From contig OZ234494.1 in assembly GCA_965153455.1 (NCBI GenBank), forward strand, positions 2,294,001 to 2,358,000: a stretch of DNA of 64,000 nt. The letters run 5' to 3'. The stretch comes from Sphagnum compactum. Lineage: Eukaryota. Positions within the stretch are counted from its first letter, which is position 1; the number at the start of each line of letters is the position of its first letter. Under the pieces are notes generated by a model. The model was not told the DNA's origin and ran no database searches. It worked only from the letters and a program-made list of their open reading frames with translations. The position numbers and the translations under genes are program-made. Below, piece by piece: positions 36,331 through 49,352 of this stretch.

Positions 36331-39300
36331 GTTCAACTACAACTCTTTCTTCAACATATACATGATTGCATCATCACCAAACACAAATTTCCCCAAAAAC
36401 ATATTGTCATCTTTAATTGCCATTAACTAAACTAGTACATCCAACAAGGTTTTAATGCAAATACACTCATAACAAAAGAAGACACATAATTTAAAAATTA
36501 TATTCAATAAAAATCTAAATGAGAAATGAGTTACCTACAAAGTTTGTTATAACTTTCATATTTTAAAATGGGAGTTAAACATGATTACCAATGGGCAAAA
36601 AATAGTCAAGAAGACCAATTTGCATTTTTTTTAAAGTTGAATGTCAAGTATCACAAAATGTATCATAAAATTGTTAAACATATAATTTAATTGGGTTAGA
36701 AAATTGAAACTAGAATGATTCTTGATTTTTATGTAATAATATTCCATAAAAACACATTAAATAAGTAGTTAAGTACATATGGTTATGAAATGCAAGTAAG
36801 GTGGAATGTATTTTTTGTAATGTCCACTTTTATATAAGTAAGTGCATATAGATTGAAAAAAATTTAAATTTTAAAAAATTAAAGATGGAACCTTTAAGTA
36901 TACCATCTAGACTTGTGAAAACATTTAATTTGCAAATAGGTTCCAAGCACATTGTAATGAACCAATGGTACTCCTATAGGTGAGTGTTTAATATGGAATA
37001 TTTTGGATAAATGTTTGTAAATCATTAAATTATTGTGTTAAATTTTTCCATTAAAAATTTGTCCAAAATATGTCATTTTCAAATATTTTCAAGTTTTTTT
37101 ATGAGTCCTTTAGTTAACAAAATCACTAGTCACAACTTATATTTAAATATTTTTGGGTTTTTTTACTCATTAAATTGATTTCAAATCTATTCATATGTTC
37201 CTAAGATATATTATGAATGACGTTAAATAAATAAGCACAAAAAAAATTCAAAACCAATTTAAGTTACCATTTTAAAATATGAAATATTAAACACATGTGG
37301 CCATGTCACCAATGTTGGGCAATTTAAAATTTTCAAACTCAAAGAAGTTACCAATTTTGGTTTTTTTTAATTTAAAACCTTCCCACTTCCTAATGAGTCA
37401 ATTATCTCATGGCTAGATAATATGTAGTTTATCCAACATTTTTTAATTTTAAAAACCTAACCATGTGTTACTTGTAGGTTCTTTAATGGTTGTGAATAGG
37501 TTTTTTGAACCTATAATTACATTGCTAACCATAAATGCATTTACTTCATAAACATAGTTAGATATTACATTTATGAACTACATTAATGCCCATAGGTGCA
37601 TCTATTTGATAAGACATTTGCATGTGCATTCAATGCTCACATTTTGCACCCAAATCCATCACATGCATCAACTCATGGAGGAAATGACATTTTTTTGTAA
37701 CTATCAACAATGCAAATTTATTTGTGATGCTTTGCATTTATGACAATTTGGGAAATGTAGATTTTAAACAATGTAGTTAATAAATGTTCATCGATGTAAT
37801 TTCTTCAAATATAACTATTAGTGCGAGCTTTTTTGTGCAATGTTTTGCATTTATGCCAATTTGGGAAGTGAAAATTAAGTTAAACAACATAGTTAATAAA
37901 TGTTCATCAATGTATGTTTTCAAATATAGCCTTTAGCCCTTGCACATAAGGTGAAAGAACTAAAACTAAATTTTTCTTATAGATGGCAACCTAACAAGAA
38001 TTCAATCCTCTTTTCGAAAATTCCATTGTTGTTTCTTTGTTGCTTTAAGTTGTTTTAATGTTCACCTTTAGAGGTTCCTAGGACCTCCAATTGTTTTAAT
38101 TTCTAATACATGTTGATTAAGTATATATATATAACAGGATATAAAACTAGCATGTATCTATTTATTTATTTTAAAAAACTATCAAATATTGGTTGTAATT
38201 GCTTTGGTACATATTAGCACATTTCAACCCAAAAAATATATTTTAATTTTAAATGATAGTAGGTTTTAACATGGATTGTACACAAATGTATTCAAATGCA
38301 CTTTTTAAACACATTTTTATGTTGCAATTGTTTTTCAAATTTTAGGTTTACATTCTTATGAAGTCAATTGAAGGCATAGATGTGTTGGTATTATTATTTA
38401 AAAGGAGGTTTTGAACTATTTTCATGCTTACATGTGAATATTAAATGATAATTACCAAAGACTATTTTTTTGGTCTACTTGACTATGCTTTCATACCAAC
38501 ATATTGCATGCCATGGTTTGATTATAAACTATAGAAAATGTTAAGATTGGCATCAATATCCCCACAACTTATGCCATCATTTTTAATTCAAATTCATACA
38601 ATTTGAAATAAAAATCATCACATTTGGCAATCAATTCAAATCTTGAATCTAACCACGTGAAATTCCACAACAATGCATGAGGTGAAAAATGAAACAAGTG
38701 CATCCAATGCTAATAACCAACAATTCTTGAAATTTGGTGACTTCAAAGTCATATTACCTAGTTTATAATTTAAGAAGATTAATTGTTGAAGGAACATGAA
38801 CTAAAAATCAAAGACCTCTGATATAGTAATTAGATGACCTTATAATAGACCTATTACAACAAACACCTCAAAAAAAAAAGCAAAATGCCCAAGTTATATT
38901 TAGGTAAAAAACTTTAGTAATTTGTCGCAACAACTCTAAAATGTTGACTGTTTGGAGGCATTTTTGCTAGGTTTAAACACTATGGATGTAACAACACTAA
39001 CATATATATATTTGCATTTAGGTTACACACATTCTAATAGCTAGAACAAAACGCAAATAGTGATTCAATATGACCCATTGTTTTGCATTCATTTCAAAAC
39101 CACACATTATAGTGTTGGAATATTTTAGTACCACTTTCACTTAAAGTATATGTTCACTCTTTTACAACACACACATAGACACACACATTCTTTTATTATA
39201 TTCCAACGACATTTATACAACAACCACTTTGTTTTCCTCCAAGTTCCTGTTCCTTGAATAGCCAACCACTATTTAAATCTAAATCTTATTTCCTCTCCAC

Positions 39301-42099
39301 TCATTTTTCCATTTCCTATTTTTCTCACCAAATCTCCTAAAAATATGGGAGTTGGATAAAGAGTGAAAGCACACTACAATGGTCAAAGATTGTTGTCACA
39401 AATACTATTTTTTGAACGTGTTTTGAACTTCTACCAAGTTAATATTAAAAAGGTTTTTTGTAAATGGTACTTGGAATAAGGTAGTTCAAAACTCAAATAA
39501 TAAGATTGTCCAGAAAAATCCCACTTTGGAATTGATATTAAATTTATTAAAGAATATATTAATGAGAAATTTGTAATTTCACAGTATATTGCAAAGTGAA
39601 AATATATTTCAAAAACCATCCAAATGATTACCAAACTTGATGTACTCAATCGTATATTACATATGAATTCATTGTCCCATTTCAATTTTATATGAAGAGG
39701 TCCACTCATGTGATTTCATGAAAAACATTTGGATGAAGTTTTTCATTCAAACAAGCAATAAATGTTTGAATACATAAAATTTTGTTGAAAAAACAGTATC
39801 ATTTGAAAAATAACAAGAATTGTGTTGGAGGTTTTGTGTTAAAAATCCATTTTATGTGTTTCTCAAAATGTTAGTTTAAATGAAAGAAAATCTGCCCCAA
39901 AAAAATATTAAATGTACCCCAAAAAAATACATTTTCTTACCCAAAATGTACCACCGTAGCACGCTTTCACCCTAAATTGACTAACTACAATTAACATTAC
40001 AATTATTAGATTGCCATAACTACTTAACCAACCCATTTTCCCCTTTAACAACCACATGGATGGGCTCCCAAGTGAAATTTGTTGATGAAGTTAACAACCT
40101 TGAAAAAAATGTTGTATTTGGCCTTCAATGTCCAAAGATCAAAAAAATTTTGCATGTAACATGTGAAAAGGAGGTAGAACATATTTCTCCTTAATTTTTG
40201 TTGCAACATTTGGTAGCACTACATTCACTAATTGTCATCCAAAAAAAACATAACATGCCCACATTGATTTAGAACTAGGCACCTCAACCATGGATTATCA
40301 ATAAATGATAAAGGGCGGTATCATTTTGCAATGTACAATATTAAATCCTCGAAAAGAAACATGTGCAATTTCATATTTGTGGTAAGGCCATTTATTGCTG
40401 AAAAAAATGTGATTAGAGAAGGTGATACAAATTTTCTCTTCTTTAAAACTTATCTCTTATCAGTAAATTTTGTCAATATTTGCATGAGGAATAATGCCAA
40501 CCTCCTATACTCTTTTGCATGTTCATTGGAAATGTGTTTTCCTAACTAATTTGTGTTTTTTGTTGTAGTTCAAAAAAAGCCCCTTGCTCAAGTCCCTAGG
40601 GTAAAAATCCTGACATAAACTTGCATTGTTGTAAATGACACATAACACAATACATCATTTGTGCATTGTAAGGATTTATTGTGGCAAAATCATTAACAAA
40701 AAAAGCCCAAGAATTTGACATGTGGTGAAGAGGATACCACATGTTTTGATTATTCATGAACTATGGAGTGAAAAACACCCAAGCTACTTGGTGTCAAGAT
40801 TGGATGCTTCTTATGATCCAATTGTTCTGTTAGTTGAAAATAAAAAACTTATTGTCATCCTTTTAATTTGACATTACTTTTGTAACATTATTGGGGGTGG
40901 CACTTATAGATGACATTGAACCAATAACTACGTGCACAAAACAAAAATTTATAAAATGCATGAAATTTCAAGTTTACAACTTACCTCTCAATTAGTTTAA
41001 ATCAAGGAGATGAACAATGGTCAACCAACCAATATTTTGAAAAAAAAGACAAAAAATGATGAACAACTTTGTTATGAAAGTATGAAAAAACTACTTCAAA
41101 TTGTGAAGAACCACAACAAATTTGATGACAACACTAGTGTGTGAAAGTTTATAATGTACAATTTACTTCAAACTTATGATAACATAATACAAACCAACTA
41201 CAAGCATGAGCAATAACAAAATAATAATAACACAAACACCAACCTAACATTGTAAACAAGAATACTAAATCTAGATGGAAAAAACAACATAAAGAAAGAA
41301 ACATAAAAACATAAACAATAAAAGAAACAAAAAAGAACATAAAGTAAAAATATATTGTTACTTAGAAATACTAAAGTTTGCATAATAAGATAATAATAAA
41401 GTTTGACAACTAAGCATAGCACCTCAAATGAAACACAAACAAACAAAACACCTTATAACAAGCAAGTTCAACAAGCTGGTGAACATGACAACACTTTGAG
41501 TGAAACTTCAATTATTAGAATAACAAAAGATTAAATGAAAATATGAAAGTTAAAGGAAAACATGGTAATGAAAGATGAGAAAAAACCAAAACATAAAATG
41601 ATATTAGTTGAAGCTAAATGTTGAAAGGTCAAGTGAAAAAAACAATGGGGATGAATAAAAACACCCTAAACCTTAAAAGATGTGAATTCGCCTAAAACAA
41701 AAACCTAGTTCAATCTAAGGTTGGCTCTCATCAACAGAAACACATGGGATGGTAGTGTTGAATATAATTTATAATTAAGTTGTCCCCTAGTTTTTAGGAC
41801 TTGAAACAATACCATTTGAATAGGCAAACTCATAAGATGGAATTCTTTGTAGAGACATAAATGTTAAAAAAAGGTTGACCCTTCAATGGTATTTAATGTG
41901 CTTAGTGGTAAAAATATAATAAATAAAACAATTTGTTTTCAATGTTTCATGGTTGGGAGGTGAACATAATAATAAGTTTTATACTAGTCTACAAATATAT
42001 ATAATGGTATTACTTTCAAATTTTTACATGATAAATTTGAGCTTAATAAGTTTTGAAAATAGAACTCATGTGGTTAGTAAAAGTCCAAAGAGAGCTATA

Positions 42100-42400
42100 G
42101 ATAAGTTCGATGATACAAAATTTCAAACCTAGAAAACCCACATGGAAATGTTTTTTAGACAACAAGCACTTCGGGAAGATGTTGATGGACTTAATGTTAG
42201 ACCAACAACACCCATTAGTCAATCTAAGTGGGATTTAAGAGATGTTAAAACAAAGGTTGACATTTTATTGTGCATGAAGGATAATAAATTAATTGATGTT
42301 AAAACATTTGGTACTTCAAATAAACATGGGATCAATTCATATATAGATTTTAGACCACAAATGTGATAGTCAAAAATTTCTTCAAAAGAAGGTGCAATCA
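42100..42400 (+). mobile_element. Decayed Ty1/copia gag N-terminus
   Basis: DKFDDTKFQT*KTHMEMFFRQQALREDVDG....SKWDLRDVKTKVDILLCMKD resembles copia gag (KFDG.NF..WK..M...L....LW..VDG / WD..D.KA...I). Confidence 0.65.
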
Positions 42401-43291
42401 CACTAATTACTAAACATTCTAAAAATGAAAAGTTCTTCCTTTTGGCAACAAAACTTTCATGGTTATAATAAAAAAAAAATCTCAAGTTTAGCTAGTAGAT
42501 AATGTGGCTACATAGATAAAGTTTGAATGAACATAATTGGCTAAATCTTTGTGTGAAGTGGAACTACTTTGGCAATTTTTTAAATTGAAGGGTGGTTCAA
42601 ATGGCGAGTTGTCATTTGCAAATGCACACAAAGTGGCTATAACAACAATAAGGGGGATAAAAAACATTGGCAACATGTGCATTGCTATGGAAGTGTATTT
42701 GGCTATGGCTTTCTTCCAAAAGGAATACATTTGGCTACATAAAACAACCAACAAGAGGCTAGTTAACAATGACGCCTAAGATTTAATACCAAGCTAATGT
42801 TGGTTTCACCCATTGTTCCAAGTAAGTCATTGAACACATTGCAACTATAAATGAATTGTGGAAGTGGACATCCAAACTTATCATTCACATGCAAGTAAAA
42901 AATTTAACATTGATTGTTTACATTAGCCATATCCCATGTGGAAGTGTGGTGATTTTGTAGTAAACATTCATCAACTAATTGGAACTTGATGGGGATTTGA
43001 ACCCCAACCCCCAAAAAGGTTGTTGCCATTACAACTCAAAGCCCTAACTTGCACCCAGAACCTTTTTAGAAAACAAGCTTATAATACATATCTTTGAGTT
43101 TCGAATAAAATCAAAATCTTAAAAAACAAAGGTCAAAAAATGATTTTTTGGGGTGTTTTTCCTTTGCTTTGGTTTTCTAAATCCTCAATGCTCATAAGCC
43201 ATCATCATTATACATTACATCATCTCACATCTACCCCCCACTATTAGAAGCAAAACAAATTACAAATCTTAAAAGAAGGCATAGGTTGGAC

Positions 43292-46075
43292 CTCTAGAAG
43301 AAAAGCCTTAAATTGCAATTGGGCTATGCAACTACTTTTTAATTGCATGTGATATTTTTTGACTAAAAAATTTGTAGTCACCTAAAACTAGTCACAAGTG
43401 CAAATTAGTTGCAAATAGTGTTGACATCATGATGATATCATCAATACATGGATGCACATGTCAAGTATTTATATAGTTTCATCCAATTTATAGAATACTT
43501 CATATGTATGGCCATTGGCGGTTAATTTGCAACTATTTTGGTGGCAACTAATGTTTTGCCACTTGTAGCTCCTTAATATTGACACATGGTGACATTTGAA
43601 TGCATTCTTTTTTTTTTGTTTTGTAATTGACAAATAAAGGAGACCCAATCTAAGCCATTAGATTCATATGTTTTGATGGTCTTAGATAGTGACACATGGC
43701 ACATGGCAAATTTGCCACGTGGCACATTATTTTAAATTTACACCAAATAAATTTAAATTAATATTTAGGTAGGTAGGTAGGTACTTAAATAGGTTGGTAG
43801 TACTAGGTACCTACCTACCTAAGTTAAAATACCTACCCATTTAGGGAGGTACAAATAGGTGAATAGGTCAAACTTAGGAGATTGGTACTTAGTTTTGACC
43901 TACACACCTAGGTGGGTAGGTTGAATTAAGTACCTGCATACCTACCCACCTAGGTAGATAGGCAAGTAAGTAGGTTAGGGAAGTAGGTAGGTTAGACTGA
44001 TGCATAAACAATTTTCACTTTTAATTTGGGTTAAGCTTTTTCATTTGTTCATCCCAAATGGCACAACTTTTTTACTTTAATAGTGTTAAATTACACACCT
44101 TTTTAATAACTTTCAAAATGAGAGTTGAAAACAAACAATATAAGATAAGTTTTGAATGTATAACTTAGTTATAAACTAAGTTACAATTAAAAAACTTTCC
44201 CCATATCTTTTGTTATCATTTTTGGATTTCTAACTGAAATAACTAATTAAGTAAATGACTAACTAATTAATTAACTAATTATGTAATTAGAAATTAATTT
44301 ATATCTATAAGAATTAATTATATATAATAATTATATAGTATATTCACTATCACCCATTAAAATTATTATTTATAAATATTTAACCAACTAACTAATTACT
44401 TACAATACATAATACATAAATTAATTAATAGATAACTTAAATATTTATTAAAGATAAATAATAAATATTTTTTTAGTTTAAAATTATGAATTATCAATAC
44501 TTCATTCAATTATATATTATGCAATTAATGTAATTAATGTACAATTAATTTACTATAAAATTTTAAATATTAATTTTTATTATTAAAAACTATTTTTATT
44601 AAAAACTAAGTTCAAGTATACATCATATAATTACTGAAATTAATTTTTATTACTGTAAAAAGAATAATTAATATGAATATTTTAGAATGGTAATCATTAT
44701 TAACTATAAATAAGTAAATTTAAGCTATAAAATAAATTTATTTTAAATAATTAAAATAATAAAATAATTACATAATAATTTAAATTATTAACAATTTCAC
44801 TATTTATGATACTTATAAGATTATTATTTTAAGTAATGTATACATAAAGTGGTTTTACATGAATTACCTTAATTAAAATAAATTTACTCTAATTAAAATC
44901 ATTTTATTACTTTAATTGCAGTAAGTAAATTGATAATTCAAGTTATAGTAAAATCACTGTGAAAATTGTAAATGTTAGTATTAATTACAAATAGTTATAT
45001 TTAATTCAATTATATATTCTTTAAATTTTCAAATTATTTTTTAGCATTTTCGAAAAATTACTAATTAAGTTTTAAAATTTTATTGGAAAATGCTTATTTA
45101 TTAAAGATAAGTAATTATAATTAATAGATCTATTAAATTATAGTAATGGCATTAATGACATTAATTACTCGAATTACAGTATATTATTTTAAAATATTAA
45201 ATATATGTTTTAATTATAAATTATAGTTTCTATTTAATCTTAGGGTTTATAGTTATTTACTATAAATACAATGGTTTTATAGTAGTTGTACATTAATTAT
45301 AGTAATTACTTTTTCCCATTTTTTTCAATAATTATTGTACTTGCTTTTTATTATTGTAAAAATATTCAAAATTAATGTTAAATCTTATGTTTAATAGTAA
45401 TGATTATTGTAAATAGATAATTATAAGTTGTAAACAAAATAATTAAATTTTATTTAGATACTTTAATTACAATAAATGCATTAACTAGTTTGCTTATAGA
45501 AAAATATTATAAAAAACTGAAATACTGAATCATAAATTTTACATATGATTTCTAGGTTTCAATATAATTTTAATAATCTCAATATATATTTATAAACACC
45601 TATGGATGATTGTTGTTTGGCCACCCTTCCTTATACCTTAATATGAGGCTAATATACATTAATAATTTTTCAAACCGTGCTTAAGTAATCCATGAAAACA
45701 ACACATATATATATATATCTTAGTGGATGTGGAATACATGATGTATACATAAGGACTATTATACATAATTGTTAATAACATAAAACACATAACTTACCCT
45801 GTACAAAATTAGTAAGATATATAATTTAATGGATATATAAATACTAATTACCATTTTTTGGTCACTTTTACAACTAATGGGCCATATGAAGACCTTTTAG
45901 GATGAAAATAATGTGAAAAGTCACTTCATTTTAAAAATGAAAAACCCAATAATCACAACATAGTCATAAATGTAACCAAAAAAATGTGTGATGTATTTTC
46001 AATCACAAAAATAACCAAAGTTAGTTGCATGTAGTTGCAAATCAATTGTTACATTTTGACATTTTTATACTAGTG
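43292..46075. mobile_element. Non-autonomous CACTA (EnSpm) element, ~2.8 kb
   Basis: Left end CTCTAGAAGAAAA (decayed CACTAG), right end TTTTATACTAGTG; 3-bp TSD GAC at 43289-43291 and 46076-46078; subterminal GCAACTA/TAGTTGC motifs; AGGT repeats and an extremely AT-rich interior (44200-45850). Confidence 0.75.
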
Positions 46076-46299
46076 GACCTCCTTTAGGCCCCATGCATAC
46101 CAATCTTGAAGTGTTAGATTCCAATTTGCAAAGGATAACAAACTAAAAATTGAAGCAAACAAGCATTCAAGAACTTGAAACAAGAAAAGCAAAGTAAATG
46201 CAAAAAAAATCAAAACTATAATAAATTATATATCTACAAAAGATACATCAAAATGGTGGAAGTGGGCACATCTTTATCTATGCATTAACAAGTTGAATC

Positions 46300-47420
46300 T
46301 TCTTATAAGTTAGCAAAAATCTTGACTAAGAATGCCCTATAATTTCATTACACCTTCCTTTGAAACTTTAACAAAGATATTCACCTTGTTTTACAAATTT
46401 TGTACATCTTCAGCCCCTTTATCTTTATCATATTAACAAGCTTCATAAATTCAATGTGACATTTTGGAGTATGTAGAAAATAGGCATGATGTAAACCAAG
46501 ACATCTTTTATACAAGCTCAACAATGCCTAATTCAAACAATGCCTTGAAAGCTAAACTACAATTTTATGCCATGCAATGTACTGTAACAAAATTAAAGGG
46601 ATGGTTAGTGCTAATCCACATTGTCAAACATGTTTTTTACAACTTTAGAAAATGCTCACCCTATCAACCCTTTGAAAGAAAAGAGTTTGTGAACAATCCC
46701 AAGTGTTTTCACTACTCACCTTTCTACCATTCTCTAAAGTTTCCATAAGGACAATAGTGTAGTTATCAACCTTTAAACCATAAGTTAATTATGATAAAAG
46801 GATCATCATTAGATTTCTTCACCCAATTATCCATGACATAAGCATGGATAGAGATCCAATTTCACATGAATAGCTTCATCATGTGTCAAGGCCACATAGT
46901 TAAAAGCTTGGATGTAATCATAATTAGATTTCGTCATAATCCAACTTGGTGTATTGCACTAATGCATTTTTGGATCATGTGGCACACTAATGAAATCATA
47001 GAGCTCATGCCTACTTTCATACTCAAGCTTAAGATGCTCAACTTTCAAAATGTGGAAAGTGATGGATTTTCTAAAATTTATTTATTTGGTTCTTTTAGTT
47101 AGGGTATTGTTATTGACTTATTCTAACATAGTAATAGGTTGCCTTGCCTTGTAAAAGGCCAATTTCCACTTTTGCTAACAATTCTTATACTAGCAGTTAG
47201 CCACCTTTTTCACTCTATACTTGCCACTTGAGCATATCCTTTTCAACTTTTCTTTATCCTCATGTTTTAGTCCAACTTAGGTGCTAGCAACAATGGCTTT
47301 CTATCAATGCTAAAGCACATTTCGCACTTCACAATATGCCAAACCCCATTTTTTAACCAAGACATTTTTTTCCCAAGGTTTCCTAGTGTCCCACTCAAAT
47401 TGGAATTTCCTTGTCCAATC
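46300..47420 (-). mobile_element. Decayed hAT-family (ZNF862/C17orf113-like) transposase
   Basis: Minus-strand fragments in order: VKCEMCFSIDRKPLLLAPKLD; LEYESRHELYDFISVPHDPKMH; YVALTHDE; WISIHAYVMDNW; VHCMA*NCSLAF; YFLHTPKCHIEF..KGLKMYKICKTR*ISLL. Many stops. Confidence 0.75.
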
Positions 47421-49030
47421 ATATATCTTCTAGTCTCACTTTGCCAAAATTATGGAGTTATGATTTCATAAATGACTATTTTCATAATCATGAGTGCAAG
47501 TTTGACTATATGATTTCGTAGGCTTTCAAGCATGTCATCTTTACCAATGTAATTACAATTATATCCATCAGGATGTGTAAATGTTTACCATGGTAAACAT
47601 GTCCAATTTGATTCTAGTAATGTAAGTTCTTGAGTACAATCATGCAAGTCTTCATTTGTAATCACATAAATTAGAAGTACCCATTCAACTAAGAAAATCA
47701 CATAAGTTAGAAGTATAAGAGAGTTATAAGTTGTTAGGAGAGGGAATTGAACCCTCACACTTTCACCATCGTGAACCAACTCCTTGACCAACCCACAACA
47801 ACTTCAAATTGTGATAGACAATGTGAACACATGATTATAAACATGTCCATTTCAAATATCTTGCATATCAAAACCTTTAATATCTTTTTCCCCCCCAAAA
47901 TATATAGTACACACATAAAATAAATGAACGTTTAAAAAAAGAGTTTTAAGTAAACTAGACATCATTTTATTGGGCAATAATTTCAAATTCAAATGTTTTT
48001 CATTTTGAAGGTGAAAAGGTAACGTAATTAATAATTACATGATTATTAAGTTTCATAATGAAATTAATTTCATTTTTACTACTCATTTAATTGGGTACCA
48101 TACATTTTAACTTCAACACTTGAAAACAAATTTAGCATGTGTTTTACAAATTGCAAAACTCAAAACAACAAAACAAATGGGAAAAGGTGGTTGTTTATAA
48201 TTTAATGTTTTGTTTTGTGGTGCATATTCACCAATTGGTGATTTTTTTTTTAGAAAATCTGAAAAATTATTAGATTTCTAAAACTTCTGAAATTAAAAAA
48301 AGTTCCTTTAAAATGATCAAACTTTACATTAGGTTTCCAAGTAGGTAGCTAACAATATTAAATGACGCTTAAAGATTTTAACTTTGATTTCTACTTATAT
48401 CCAAATGTGGCTAAATTGGCTTGGATGGATGATCACCACTCGACTACATCACAAAATTGAAAAAGAAACATTGGTTATCACTAAGTCCTAGCCTTTTTTT
48501 TTACTAGCAAAATTTTGCCAAAAGGAAAAACTAAAATGAAAAATCATAAATGAAGCTATTCTTTGGGGGGTTTCAATCGCCAAAAGTCAGAAAAAGGGAA
48601 AATGGTTAGCCCAAAACGTAGAAGCATGATTAAAACATTGTGTTTCATATGTAGTTTATAGCCAAAAGTGGCTAAATCTTCCTAGGGATGATTGCCACTT
48701 TTTCTAAATCTTCTTATGAAAACATGTTTCATTTCTCCCCAATTTTGCGATGTAGCTAAAGTGGTGATTACCCATTAGCCAGATTTTGCAGTAAAAAACA
48801 AAACAAAAGCCAAATATATTTTTAGCATCCTTCTATATTTTTGGGCTACCTACTGGAACTTACGATAGAATCTGGGAATGAAAAAAAATCGAAAATTGGC
48901 GACTCAAAACCCTAAAATCACTCAACTTTCGCCATTTTGAACAAAAAAAAATCCCCCCCAAAAGAAAAAGCACTTCGCTGAGTGTGCCCGAAAACCCTAA
49001 TCGCTGCACGCGAAAGGAGCGAAGAGGCAT

Positions 49031-49352
49031 AATTGCGAGTGATCCGATGAGCTGCTCACTCATACTTGCGGTTGAGCATTTCCGTTAAGGCGCGCGCGAA
49101 CTCAAGAGGAGCTCAGAGTGGCAACTTTTGCATATTGCGAGTTTCCAATGAGCTGCTCATACTCGCATATTGCGAGTTTCCAATGAGCAGCTCATACTTT
49201 GGCTGTTAAGTATTTCCGTTAAGGCGCGCACTCACGAGGAGCTCAGAGTGGCAAATCTTTACATATTGCGGGTGATCCGATGAGCTGCTCATACTTTGGC
49301 TGTTGAGCATTTCCGTTAAGGCGCGCGCACTCAAGAGGAGCTCAGTGTGGCA
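49031..49352. repeat. GC-rich tandem repeat: three ~95-100-bp units plus one 35-bp partial
   Basis: Unit ATTGCG(A/G)GT....ATGAGCWGCTCATACT..GTTGAGCATTTCCGTTAAGGCGCGC..ACTCAAGAGGAGCTCAGWGTGGCA. Confidence 0.9.

Noticed and set aside
49031..49352. CRISPR-like array
   Set aside because: Eukaryotic context, the units repeat in full without unique spacers, and there are no cas genes.
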